Assembly (NCBI GenBank): GCA_000025185.1
Contig: CP001848.1
Span: 870,001 to 902,000 of the forward strand
DNA: 32,000 nt
Origin: Pirellula staleyi DSM 6068
Lineage (GTDB): Bacteria; Planctomycetota; Planctomycetia; Pirellulales; Pirellulaceae
Reading direction: 5' to 3'
The notes beneath the pieces are model-generated. The model was not told the DNA's origin, did not search any database, and saw nothing but the letters and a program-made list of their open reading frames with translations. Positions 7,606-16,818 of this stretch are shown here, one piece after another. Numbering within the stretch: the stretch's first letter is position 1; each line of letters begins with the position of its first letter. A program made the translations under genes and the position numbers.

Positions 7606-9462
7606 ATGTCGGAAGAGTTTGATCCGTATCGCAAATGGCTGGGGATACCGGCCAAAGATCAGCCGGCCAATCACTATCGCCTGCTGGGGATTCCTCATTT
7701 TGAGGACGATCCCGACGTCATCGACAACGCCGCGACACGGCAGATCGCGCACGTTCGTACGTTTCAGTCGGGTAAGCATGCCGCGCAGTCGCAAAAAATC
7801 CTCACCGAGCTGACCCAAGCACGCCTCTGCTTACTTCAGCCGGAGAAAAAATCGGCATACGACGCCAACCTGCGCGCGGAACTCGCCGCTGCTGGTCGGC
7901 TCTCGGGCGAGATTCCTCCCCCCGCAACCGTTCCACCCATGGCAGTGCCACCGGTCGCGGTGCCACCGATTGCTGGGCCGGTACTCAAACCGAGCGATGC
8001 CGCTCCACCACCGCCACGCGTCAGCTCCAAGCCTGCTGTTCCGCCGGTCGTCACCACTCCGATCGTCACTAGCCCGGTCGTGAGCACACCTGCTCCCCCT
8101 GTCACCGCCACATCGGTGCCTGCCGCAACAGCTCCTGGCGCGAGTGGCATTGGTCGCCGACGCGGAACTCCTCCGGTCATCATTCCGCCACCATTCGATT
8201 TACCACCGGCACCGCCAGTTGCCGCAGTAGGGTCACCCCCTGCAGCGCCAGTGATCGCTGCGATGGTAGCTCCGAGCAGCAAGAGCGAACCTGTTCGCAA
8301 ACCGGCAGTGCGCTGGCGCACCGATGGCGAAGGTCCGCACGATGCCGAGGTCGCTCCGGTGCCGATTCCGATGCAGGCTGTCGCAGCACCTCCGATCGCT
8401 GCTGTCGATAAACCCCAAGAGACAGCCCCACGCCCCGCAACATCAGCCTCCTTCCCCTGGCCGCTGATGATCGCCGCTGGCGCAGGTGTCGTCGTGCTGA
8501 TGTTCCTCGGCCTCATCGTGCTGGTGGTTGTAGGCAGCGCGCTGACAAAGGGACCGAATGTCGCCAGTTCGAGTGATGCGCCAGCCGCTGGGGCGAGCAC
8601 CACGCTTGCTAGTAGTTCAGCACCCAGCAGCAGCCCGAGCACGATGAACGCTTCGAACGAGCGTCGACCCGAGCGCCGTCCTCCCACGCGACCTGCCAAT
8701 GCGGGTGACGACACGCCGACTCCATTTCCGATCGGTTCGGGAGTCCCTGCGGAAGAATCACCGGCGACGGAAACGAGTGCTGCACCAAGCCCCTTGCCCG
8801 AGCTTCCGCGAGGGGATGACTCGATGCGATTCGCGACTCCCGAAGAGCGGATTCGAAGTGAACTGTTCCAAGCGCGGAGCGCGATTGGAAATCGAGACAA
8901 CGATCATTTTCGCAGGCACATGGCCGAGGCCAATCAGCTGATCGATCGTCATCCATCACCTCCGGAAGAGCTGGTGAAAGAGGCCGCGCATCTGCGCGAT
9001 GCCAAGAACAAACTCGATACGTTTTGGACAGCGGTCCGCGAGTCGGCTGCCAAACTTCCCGATGGCACGATGCTCAGAATTCGTGGCGAGCGGATCGAGT
9101 TCTTGCGCCGCGAGGGATCGATTCTGTTTCTGAAAACGCAGGACGGGAGTCAGCTGGAGCGCGAAGTTCGCGAGCTTGATCCAGCCACTGCGATCGCCAT
9201 CGCATTCGGTGGCAAGAAACCCGAAACGGCCGAAATTCGGGCACTTTCCGCCCTCTTTTTGCTCTTCGATGCCAAGGCAATTGCCGACAGCCGAGCGACC
9301 CACATTGCCCGGCAGCTTTTCGTGTCTGCCTTTCGTTTGGGACTTCGAGATGCGACGGCTGAAGCAGAACTCGCCACGCAAGGCTTTCGCTTCGATCCCG
9401 AAAATCTTCCCCCACCTTCACCTGATTTCGATGACGTGGACGAACAAGCGGTCGTGAACTAA
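7606..9462 (+). CDS. Single-pass membrane protein with a degenerate N-terminal J-like domain (no HPD), Pro-rich linker and unknown C-terminal domain
   Basis: Start moved to ATG 7606, with GAGG 6 nt upstream (the tracked TTG 7438 is unlikely). The N-terminus DPYRKWLGIPAKDQPANHYRLLGI...SAYD has J-domain helix I-III architecture, but TFQSGKH sits where HPD belongs. About 200 aa of P/A/V-rich repeats follow (PPMAVPPVAVPPIAGP), then one TM (WPLMIAAGAGVVVLMFLGLIVLVVVG), an S/A/P-rich tract, and a globular C-terminus of about 190 aa. Confidence 0.75.
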   Translation: MSEEFDPYRKWLGIPAKDQPANHYRLLGIPHFEDDPDVIDNAATRQIAHVRTFQSGKHAAQSQKILTELTQARLCLLQPEKKSAYDANLRAELAAAGRLSGEIPPPATVPPMAVPPVAVPPIAGPVLKPSDAAPPPPRVSSKPAVPPVVTTPIVTSPVVSTPAPPVTATSVPAATAPGASGIGRRRGTPPVIIPPPFDLPPAPPVAAVGSPPAAPVIAAMVAPSSKSEPVRKPAVRWRTDGEGPHDAEVAPVPIPMQAVAAPPIAAVDKPQETAPRPATSASFPWPLMIAAGAGVVVLMFLGLIVLVVVGSALTKGPNVASSSDAPAAGASTTLASSSAPSSSPSTMNASNERRPERRPPTRPANAGDDTPTPFPIGSGVPAEESPATETSAAPSPLPELPRGDDSMRFATPEERIRSELFQARSAIGNRDNDHFRRHMAEANQLIDRHPSPPEELVKEAAHLRDAKNKLDTFWTAVRESAAKLPDGTMLRIRGERIEFLRREGSILFLKTQDGSQLEREVRELDPATAIAIAFGGKKPETAEIRALSALFLLFDAKAIADSRATHIARQLFVSAFRLGLRDATAEAELATQGFRFDPENLPPPSPDFDDVDEQAVVN

Positions 9463-9511
9463 CAGATGCATACAGAGCATCTTCACTATGCGCACATGCA
9501 CGAGCGATTCT

Positions 9512-10735
9512 TCACGAGCGCGCGAGAAGTTCTGCGAGTTGCCTCGCGATTGCTCGAGGATCATTCGACTGGTCGAGCGCGGCGAGTATCTGCCGGAACG
9601 CTTGCTCGAGCTCGCGCGAGAACAACAGCGGACTTCCCTGAGCAAGTGGCGTTGGCACCAGTTGCTTCTCGAGGAGAGCGAGCAGTTCACGAATGCCTGC
9701 ACCTGTCAGCGCGCTCGCGGAGAGCGAAGGGGCGCGTGCAATCGTGGTGTTGATCGCTGCCAACTGCTCGAAGCTGCACTGAGGAGGCAGGTCCGATTTG
9801 TTTCCCACCACGATCAGCGCGGCGGTAAGACGTGGTAGGACCTGCGCGAGAAACGCCTGGTCGTCGGCGGTGAGGGGCGCACTTTGATCGAACACCAGTA
9901 GCGCGAGATCGCACGTCGCGATGCTGGCGAGCGTCCGCTCGATCCCTTCGCGCTCGATCGGCTCCGAAGTCTCGCGCACACCTGCGGTGTCGGAGATTTC
10001 CACTGCATAACCACCCAGCGCAGTGGTCACTTGCACCACGTCGCGCGTCGTCCCTGGCTGATCAAAAACCATCGCCCGCGCATAACCGACAAGCTGATTC
10101 AGAAGCGCGCTCTTACCAGCGTTCGGCCGCCCAACGATCGTCACACGATAGGGCTCGGTTAAATGAATCGCTTGGCGCGCGGTGGTCAGCAGGTCCTTGA
10201 TCTGTCGCCGAGCGCCGGCCACATCACCGCGCTCGAGCGAATCGATCATGTAGCGCACAGCGCTACTGAGAGCCCCGCGTGTTTGATCGAGCAAGTGCGC
10301 GGCGGCGAGCGAGGTCTTGGCGCGCGTGAGACGCTCCATCGCTTGTAACTTCAGGGCATCGCACGTGCTGCGGGCGACATACAGGGCAGGATCGACCAGC
10401 ACGCAACCTTCGCGCGCGAGGGACTGCGTGATCCGCGCGACAGCCGACCGGCCGCCGTGGCACGAAATCTCGGCAGCATCGGGGGCCACCAGCGCGACCA
10501 CCAGTTCCTCTTCAGCCTCTCCGTCGAGATCAGACTGCCAGTGTCCCACGAGCACACTTCCAACACGTTCTTTCAGGGGGAGTGTTTGCTGTTTCGTTCC
10601 GAGAGGCCGAAAAGTTCGGGCGAGTGTCGCGAGGGCTGCTTCTCCCCAAATCGCGATCACGGCTATGGCAGCTGCCCCCGCTGGCGAGAGAACGGCAAAC
10701 AGCGGCGCTGAAATATTCGGGGAGGGGGTTGCCAT
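9512..10735 (-). CDS. MnmE/TrmE-family GTPase, short C-terminus lacking the CIGK motif
   Basis: The N-domain has AIAVIAIWG and EISCHGG (compare MnmE IHCHGG). The G domain has G1 GRPNAGKSALLN, G2 GTTRD, G3 DTAG and G4 GNKSD. The protein ends ...ARQLAELLARS, with no ...ITG...FCIGK tail. Confidence 0.75.
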   Translation of the reverse strand: MATPSPNISAPLFAVLSPAGAAAIAVIAIWGEAALATLARTFRPLGTKQQTLPLKERVGSVLVGHWQSDLDGEAEEELVVALVAPDAAEISCHGGRSAVARITQSLAREGCVLVDPALYVARSTCDALKLQAMERLTRAKTSLAAAHLLDQTRGALSSAVRYMIDSLERGDVAGARRQIKDLLTTARQAIHLTEPYRVTIVGRPNAGKSALLNQLVGYARAMVFDQPGTTRDVVQVTTALGGYAVEISDTAGVRETSEPIEREGIERTLASIATCDLALLVFDQSAPLTADDQAFLAQVLPRLTAALIVVGNKSDLPPQCSFEQLAAINTTIARAPSLSASALTGAGIRELLALLEKQLVPTPLAQGSPLLFSRELEQAFRQILAALDQSNDPRAIARQLAELLARS

Positions 10736-10846
10736 GGGGCAATAATTCGAGGTTATGGATGGTTCAGCGGCGCGGCCGGCGCCCGAGTGAATCGTTGCGA
10801 CTCTCCACCCATGCGTTCACGCAGTATCACGACTTAACTTAGCATC

Positions 10847-12355
10847 ATGGCAAGTGTACCCGACCTAAGGATTCGCGTCCTCCGCGACCTGCCGGTTCGA
10901 GCCGATGGCGAATTTGTGCTGTACTGGATGATCGCGTTTCGCAGGCGGCGCTCGAACTTCAGTTTACAGCGAGCGGTGGAGTGGGCTCGGGAACTGCGCA
11001 AGCCTTTGGTGATTCTCGAAGCTGTTCGAACGCGCTACGAATGGGCCAGCGACCGACTTCATCGCTTCATCATCGAGGGGATGCAAGACAACGCGCACGA
11101 TCTCGGTGAGCTACGGCAGTCGGGCGTGGTCTATCATCCCTACGTCGAGCCGACGCATGGTGCCGGCGCGGGACTTCTTGAAGCGTTAGCTAAGCGAGCG
11201 GCTGTCGTCATCACCGACGACTTCCCCTGCTTCTTCCTGCCGCAGATGACGAAAGTCGCGGCGCGGAAGGTGCCGGTGCGGATGGAAACGATCGATGGAA
11301 ACGGCATTCTGCCGATGCGAGCCGCCGACAAAACTTTCACGATGGCGTTTCACTTTCGTCGCTGGCTGCAGAAAAATCTCAAGCCTCATTTGGCCGAAGA
11401 GGCGTTTCCCGAGGAAGATCCTCTCGCCAGAGTGAAACTTCCGGCGCTCAAAAAACTACCGGCCGAGATCACCGAGCGCTGGCCGGCGGCCGATTTCAAA
11501 CAGCTGCTCGGGGCACGTGGTCTCGCGCAGTTGCCGATCGATCACAGTGTGACGCCGACGAGTGAAGTGGGTGGAGCGGCGAGCGCTGCGCGGGTGCTCG
11601 AGCGTTTTCTCGACAGTCGCCTGAGCCGCTATGGCGAGCGGAACGAGCCCGATGCCAACGCCGCGAGTGGCCTCTCCCCTTGGCTTCACTTTGGGCATGT
11701 GAGTGTGCACGACATTGCTCGTCGGGCACTGGCGCGCGAAAGCTGGTCGCACGCTAAATTGTCGGCGAAGACCGATGGAAAAGCGGGAGCCTGGTGGGGT
11801 GTTTCAGCAGCATGTGAAGGCTTTCTCGACGAACTGATCACCTGGCGCGAGATCGGTTTTAATTTCTGCTCGAGGAACGACAACTTCGATCAGGACGAAT
11901 CGCTCCCCACTTGGGTCCAGAAGACACTCGACAAGCATGCCGTCGATCCGCGCCCGAATCTCTACACCCTCGATCAGTTCGAGTCGAGTACGACCCACGA
12001 TCTGCTGTGGAATGCCGCACAGCGTCAGTTGGTGCGCGAAGGCCGCATTCACAACTACATGCGGATGCTGTGGGGGAAAAAAATTCTCGAGTGGAGCACT
12101 TCACCGCGCGAAGCGCTCCGGATCATGATCCAGCTAAACAACAAATACGCGCTCGACGGCCGCAATCCCAATTCGTACAGCGGGATTTTTTGGATCCTCG
12201 GTCGCTACGATCGCCCCTGGTCGCCCGAGCGACCCATTTTTGGCAACATTCGCTACATGTCGAGCGACAATACCGCCCGCAAGCTGCGCGTGAAGAACTA
12301 TCTGAAGCAGTTCGGGAGCGATCTCCCCGCTGCGAGTCAAAAACAGATGTTCTAG
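10847..12355 (+). CDS. phr: Deoxyribodipyrimidine (CPD) photolyase, class II
   Basis: 502 aa. Class II signatures are recognisable: FLDELITWREIGFNFC (compare F-x-E-E-x-x-x-R-R-E-L-x-x-N-F), HNYMRMLWGKKILEW, and GIFWILGRYDRPWSPERPIFGNIRYMS (compare G-x-H-D-x-x-W-x-E-R-x-x-F-G-K-x-R-[FY]-M). Confidence 0.9.
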   Translation: MASVPDLRIRVLRDLPVRADGEFVLYWMIAFRRRRSNFSLQRAVEWARELRKPLVILEAVRTRYEWASDRLHRFIIEGMQDNAHDLGELRQSGVVYHPYVEPTHGAGAGLLEALAKRAAVVITDDFPCFFLPQMTKVAARKVPVRMETIDGNGILPMRAADKTFTMAFHFRRWLQKNLKPHLAEEAFPEEDPLARVKLPALKKLPAEITERWPAADFKQLLGARGLAQLPIDHSVTPTSEVGGAASAARVLERFLDSRLSRYGERNEPDANAASGLSPWLHFGHVSVHDIARRALARESWSHAKLSAKTDGKAGAWWGVSAACEGFLDELITWREIGFNFCSRNDNFDQDESLPTWVQKTLDKHAVDPRPNLYTLDQFESSTTHDLLWNAAQRQLVREGRIHNYMRMLWGKKILEWSTSPREALRIMIQLNNKYALDGRNPNSYSGIFWILGRYDRPWSPERPIFGNIRYMSSDNTARKLRVKNYLKQFGSDLPAASQKQMF

Positions 12356-12365
12356 TGCGTGGCGC

Positions 12366-12833
12366 ATGGACGAGTCATCCCCGCCAATTGCGGCTCTCAG
12401 CAAAACTTTTGCCATGCCTGAAACCAGTGACTCTGCGGCCAACGAGCAACCAGCGCCGATGTTCTATCCGCAGCGCATCGTCCTGATTCAGATCGAGCCC
12501 CCGCATCCACCGCGCGGAACTCCGCTATCGAAAGCAGTCGGCAAAACAGGGATGATCGCGCCGGTCGAATCGCTCGTGAAACTACTCGGCAAGCATTGTC
12601 GACTCAGCGACTATCAGTGGCTCGTCGCAACCAACGAACCGACGCAAGCGATCCATCAAGAGTTGGTGCACGCCGGACTCGATAACGTGCTGGTGATGGC
12701 CATGCAGATCGAGATTCAGTGGCGCTGCAGCTGCCTCGATCAATCGCCGATGGATCAGCGGATGTTTGGCGGAGTTGCCCATTTCTTTGAAGAGCTTCGT
12801 GGGGATGATTCGGTCGACAGCAGCGCGCTTTAA
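12366..12833 (+). CDS. Hypothetical protein, probably co-transcribed with phr
   Basis: 155-aa ATG ORF starting 10 nt after the phr stop. Codon usage resembles neighbouring genes. No recognisable motif. It ends 16 nt from the convergent fmt stop. Confidence 0.5.
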   Translation: MDESSPPIAALSKTFAMPETSDSAANEQPAPMFYPQRIVLIQIEPPHPPRGTPLSKAVGKTGMIAPVESLVKLLGKHCRLSDYQWLVATNEPTQAIHQELVHAGLDNVLVMAMQIEIQWRCSCLDQSPMDQRMFGGVAHFFEELRGDDSVDSSAL

Positions 12834-12849
12834 CTACGGGTCGCTTGCG

Positions 12850-13833
12850 CTACAGCTTTTCGACCACGGGCGCGGGTCCCAGTTGTGCGCCGACTTTCAG
12901 CCCATAGCCGTTGAGAAACTCGGCCGCAGAGAGGACCCGTTTACCGGCAGGCTGGAGCGACGTGACCACCAGCAGTCCATCGGCTGTCATCACCGTGAGC
13001 TTGCCGTGAGCGACGTCGACCACCGTTCCGGGCGGAGCGGCGCTTGCTGTCTCGGCCGGTTCGGCTGTCGCACGATCGATGATCAGCCGCAGCGGCTGTT
13101 GCCCCTCGCGTAGCCAGTGGGTGTAGCTGCCGGGCCACGGTTTGAAGGCCCGCACCTGACGCGCGAGGAGCACAGCGCTCCTCCGATAGTCGAGTTCGCC
13201 ATCGCCCCGCGCAAAGCGCGGCGCTTTGGTCACGAGCGTAGCATCTTGCGGCGTTCCGATCGGCGAAGTGCCATCCCATTGCTCGAGCAGGTCGATCGCT
13301 TCGAGCACCGCAGCGACTCCCATCGTCGAGAGTCGCAGTTCGAGCTCGGGCATCGTCTCTTCGGGGCCAATCGGCGTTTCGCGGACAGCCAAAATCGGTC
13401 CCCCATCGAGCCTCGGTGTCATGTGAATCACACTCACACCGGTGGTTGCGTCGCCAGCGAGAATCGACCAATGAACCGGCGCACTGCCGCGATATTTCGG
13501 CAAGAGCGAGCCGTGCAGATTAATTCCACCCAGCCGCGCTGCGGCAAGCGCTGCAGGCTTCAGGATCTGGCCATAGTCGCAGACAATCAACAGATCGGCG
13601 GCCAGCGACGTCAGTAGCGCCACCGATTCGGGCGTGTTGATGCTCTCGGGAGCATGCACCGCGATTTGTCGCGCCACAGCAACATCGCGCATCGGGTTGA
13701 GCGATTGTTTTTCACGCCCCTTCGGCGTGGGCGTTGGCCGGGTGACGAGCGCCACCACTTCGTGACCACTCTCGAGCAGCGCTTCAAACGTGGGGACAGC
13801 AAACGGTCCCGTCCCCATCATGACCAGTCGCAT
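12850..13833 (-). CDS. fmt: Methionyl-tRNA formyltransferase
   Basis: MRLVMMGTGPFAVPTFEALL..., INLHGSLLPKYRGSAPVHW (SLLP/HxSLLPxxRG formyltransferase motif), C-terminal Fmt beta-barrel region. Located downstream of def as in the classic def-fmt operon. Confidence 0.9.
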   Translation of the reverse strand: MRLVMMGTGPFAVPTFEALLESGHEVVALVTRPTPTPKGREKQSLNPMRDVAVARQIAVHAPESINTPESVALLTSLAADLLIVCDYGQILKPAALAAARLGGINLHGSLLPKYRGSAPVHWSILAGDATTGVSVIHMTPRLDGGPILAVRETPIGPEETMPELELRLSTMGVAAVLEAIDLLEQWDGTSPIGTPQDATLVTKAPRFARGDGELDYRRSAVLLARQVRAFKPWPGSYTHWLREGQQPLRLIIDRATAEPAETASAAPPGTVVDVAHGKLTVMTADGLLVVTSLQPAGKRVLSAAEFLNGYGLKVGAQLGPAPVVEKL

Positions 13834-13899
13834 CGTGTAGGCTCGCGCGGTTTTCGTAACTCTCGAACTTGTTTTGTCGCGATTCTGCGGAGCCAGGTT

Positions 13900-14478
13900 T
13901 TAGCAGTAGCGCTCGTGCCACTTCTTCCACTGCTCGGCGATCGCTTCATCGCTCGGCATCTCGCCGGTGCCACGCTTGCTCTGAAACTCGTCTTCGAACT
14001 CTTGCAGTTCCCCCCCGAGTTCCACCCGGCTGCTTTCACTCATCCGATCGGGAAACATCACGCCATCGAGATGATCGTTCTCGTGCTGAATGCAGCGGGC
14101 CAAAAGTCCACCCACCTCGGCCGAGATCTCTTGCCCCTGCAGGTTGTAGGCGTTCACTTGCACCGTCTTGGGGCGAACGACTTGGCCGTAGACCCCGGGA
14201 AGACTCAAGCACCCTTCTTCCGCTTCAGCCGAACCTTTGGGGTGACTGAGGACGGGGTTAATGAAGACGAGCTCTTCCCCCTTCCCCTTCTCGGCGGTGA
14301 GATTGATGACAAACAGCCGGAGCGGAAGGTCGACTTGATTGGCGGCGAGTCCGATCCCCTTCGCTTCGTACATCAGGTCGAACATCTGGGCGACCATGGC
14401 TCGCAGTTCGGCATCCACGCGCTTGATCGGCTTGGCCACTTTGCGAAGCGTGGGATGTGGGTAAGTGATGATCTGCAA
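13900..14478 (-). CDS. def: Peptide deformylase
   Basis: All three PDF motifs are present: GIGLAANQV (motif 1), EGCLSLPG (motif 2), QHENDHLDG (motif 3, HExxH). The tracked ORF extends to 14610. I place the start at TTG 14478 (LQIITYPHP...), preceded by GAGAGGAAGG 7 nt upstream. It carries an acidic/basic C-terminal extension of about 35 aa. Confidence 0.9.
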   Translation of the reverse strand: MQIITYPHPTLRKVAKPIKRVDAELRAMVAQMFDLMYEAKGIGLAANQVDLPLRLFVINLTAEKGKGEELVFINPVLSHPKGSAEAEEGCLSLPGVYGQVVRPKTVQVNAYNLQGQEISAEVGGLLARCIQHENDHLDGVMFPDRMSESSRVELGGELQEFEDEFQSKRGTGEMPSDEAIAEQWKKWHERYC

Positions 14479-14709
14479 GCGAGTACCTTCCTCTCGAATA
14501 AAGCGGCAAACTAGCGACCGATCACGCGCGCCGCTGCCGATTTTCGAATTATAGAAGCTCCCCCGCAATTCGCGAAGGGGCACGCGCCTGGCGACTGTTG
14601 CCATCGGCACCCTCGGCTGTTCATACTAGGAACGCCTTCTCCCCTTAAGTTCCACCAGCTCCCACGCAAGCCGCTGGCTCACCACCGCAGCACTGGACCT
14701 CTCCGCATC

Positions 14710-15969
14710 ATGTCGCACCTGCCGAAGCTCTTGCTCCTTCTAGTTCTGCTCGTCAGCACCTCGGTTCTCGTGGCGGAAGATAACGCGTGGCCCGATTTTC
14801 GAGGACCTCGGTTCGATGGAAGCTCGACCAGCACTGGCCTGCCAACGGAGTGGAGCGAGACGAAGAACATTACCTGGAAAACCGCGCTCCCCGGCAAAGG
14901 TTGGTCGACGCCGGTGATCTGGGGCGATCAGATTTGGATGACCACCGCCACGGAAGATGGCAAAAAGCTCTCGGCGCTCTGCGTAGACAAAGCGAGCGGC
15001 AAGATCCAGCGCGAGATCCTGGTGTTCGAAGTGGCCGAGCCGGAGCCGATCAACGCCACCAACAGCTATGCCTCTCCCTCGGCGGTGATCGAAGCGGGGC
15101 GCGTTTATGTCCATTTCGGAACGTATGGAACTGCCGCCATCGATACTGCCACCGGCGCGATCCTCTGGAAGCGCGACGATATGAAGCTCGACCACAAAGA
15201 GGGACCCGGATCGTCGCCCCTGCTGCTCGGCAATCTGCTCATCGTCACCTGCGACGGAATGGATGTGCAGTATGTTGCCGCCCTCGACACCACCACCGGC
15301 AAGACCGTTTGGAAAACCGATCGCAGCATCGACCTCTCGGGGTTCGACGCCGACTTGCGGAAAGCCTATGCCACGCCGCTGATCGTCACAGTCGACGGTA
15401 AACCGCAACTCATCTCGACCGCTGCTCACGCCGCTTATGGCTACGACGCACTGACCGGCAAAGAGCTCTGGCGGCTGCCGTACAAAGGTTTCTCGAACGT
15501 CATTCGCCCGGTCGCAGTCCGCGATCAGCTGATCCTGAACACCGGCTATGTCAAAGCCAACTGGATTTCACTCAAGCTGCCACTTGCTGGCGCGATCGAC
15601 GAAGCGTCGATCGGGTGGCAACATGCCACCGCTGTTCCCACCAAGCCCACCAGCGTCGCTGCCAATGGTCTGTTTTTCTCGATCACCGATCGAGGTGGCG
15701 TGGCAACGTGCCTCGATCTTGTGACTGGCGAGAACGTCTGGACCGAGCGGCTGGGAGGGAACTTCAGCTCCTCCCCCCTGCTGGCTGAAGATCGGATCTA
15801 TTTGTGCGATCAGGAGGGGAACACGACGGTGATAAAGGCCGCGGGGACGTTTGAAAAGATCGCCAGCAGCACGCTCGCCGCGGGGACAATGGCTTCCCCG
15901 GTGGTTTCCGGAAAAGCGATTTACCTGCGAACCACCGAGGCACTCTATCGGATTGAGCAGGCGCCGTAG
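14710..15969 (+). CDS. Secreted PQQ-like (BamB-type) beta-propeller repeat protein
   Basis: Signal peptide MSHLPKLLLLLVLLVSTSVLVA|ED. Repeated W-containing blades follow (NAWPDFRG..., WKTALPGKGWSTPVIWGDQIWM, LCVDKASGKI, AIDTATGAILWK, ALDTTTGKTVWK, GYDALTGKELWR, CLDLVTGENVW), typical of PQQ-like propeller repeats. Confidence 0.8.
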   Translation: MSHLPKLLLLLVLLVSTSVLVAEDNAWPDFRGPRFDGSSTSTGLPTEWSETKNITWKTALPGKGWSTPVIWGDQIWMTTATEDGKKLSALCVDKASGKIQREILVFEVAEPEPINATNSYASPSAVIEAGRVYVHFGTYGTAAIDTATGAILWKRDDMKLDHKEGPGSSPLLLGNLLIVTCDGMDVQYVAALDTTTGKTVWKTDRSIDLSGFDADLRKAYATPLIVTVDGKPQLISTAAHAAYGYDALTGKELWRLPYKGFSNVIRPVAVRDQLILNTGYVKANWISLKLPLAGAIDEASIGWQHATAVPTKPTSVAANGLFFSITDRGGVATCLDLVTGENVWTERLGGNFSSSPLLAEDRIYLCDQEGNTTVIKAAGTFEKIASSTLAAGTMASPVVSGKAIYLRTTEALYRIEQAP

Positions 15970-15991
15970 CGCGCTACAGGGTCAGCACCTA

Positions 15992-16585
15992 TTACTTGCC
16001 GCGCGCGGCGCTCGATACCACCGCGCCGCTCGGGATGATCGCGGCGACGATGAGCCCCACGATGAGCGCTCCTACCAGCTGGTCGGCGATGTTCACCAGC
16101 GTGTAAATATCGGTCCGAATCAGCCAATTCCACTCGACGCCGTAGGTGGCGATCGCCCCGAAGAGCCCCACCAGAACGATCAGCGTCACCCGATCCTGAT
16201 AGGCCATCGCTGCGCCGCGAATGAGCCACAGGATCAGGCTCGCGCAGGCTCCCATAGCAATGTTGATCACGATGCCGTAGGCAAACATCATCGGCTCCAT
16301 TGGCGGCCCCCCTTCCTTACGAAAGTGGACGATCGCAATTGGTCCCGCCTGCCGTCGCTCGGCAAATGTCGCCTGTGTCTGCTCGTTCATTTTCCCCGCC
16401 GGGATCATCGGCAAGAGGTACGTGCCGGTCTGAGGGAGCGAACCCGACAGTACTTGACCGAATTGCACTTCATCAGCCGCCTGATCGAACGTGTGGGTAT
16501 GCCACGGCAAGATGACCCACGAGAGAAAGCCCCAGAAGAAAAGTGCAAAGCCACTCGCAAGACTGGCAACCAAGAGGCGAGCCAT
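15992..16585 (-). CDS. Integral membrane protein, unknown function
   Basis: Start placed at ATG 16585 (MARLLVASLASGFALFFWGFLSWVILPW...). About 4 predicted TM helices. I recognise no family. Its 3' end lies 22 nt from the convergent propeller gene. Confidence 0.55.
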   Translation of the reverse strand: MARLLVASLASGFALFFWGFLSWVILPWHTHTFDQAADEVQFGQVLSGSLPQTGTYLLPMIPAGKMNEQTQATFAERRQAGPIAIVHFRKEGGPPMEPMMFAYGIVINIAMGACASLILWLIRGAAMAYQDRVTLIVLVGLFGAIATYGVEWNWLIRTDIYTLVNIADQLVGALIVGLIVAAIIPSGAVVSSAARGK

Positions 16586-16818
16586 GGGGGCGGCCCTTTC
16601 GGAGAAGGATGACACAAGGATGATCAATCAGCGCGCTGGCTCTGTCGGTCGATACGCGCCATCGAGTGCGGGCAGTTTCTGGCGCGGAAGTGCGCCAGCT
16701 TCTCGGGACTCGACTACGCGACAGCAGCGGCGCTTCTATACTACTAGCAGAACTCCCCGACTGTCGACTTGATCCTGGAAGGCAAGTCCCGACGATCGGC
16801 TCCAGAAGGAACCTGCAC

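Noticed and set aside
7836-8900. 354-aa Gly/Ala/Thr-rich ORF antisense to the J-like protein gene
   Set aside because: It mirrors the Pro/Ala/Val-rich coding repeats (CCN codons read as NGG). It has no start context, and the sense-strand gene has domain evidence.
13654-14514. 286-aa plus-strand ORF antisense to def/fmt. Similar long antisense ORFs occur at 14740..15429, 25531..26514, 25889..26818 and 28094..28870.
   Set aside because: Each lies opposite a gene with strong family-specific motifs. Long stop-free antisense frames are common in high-GC genomes.
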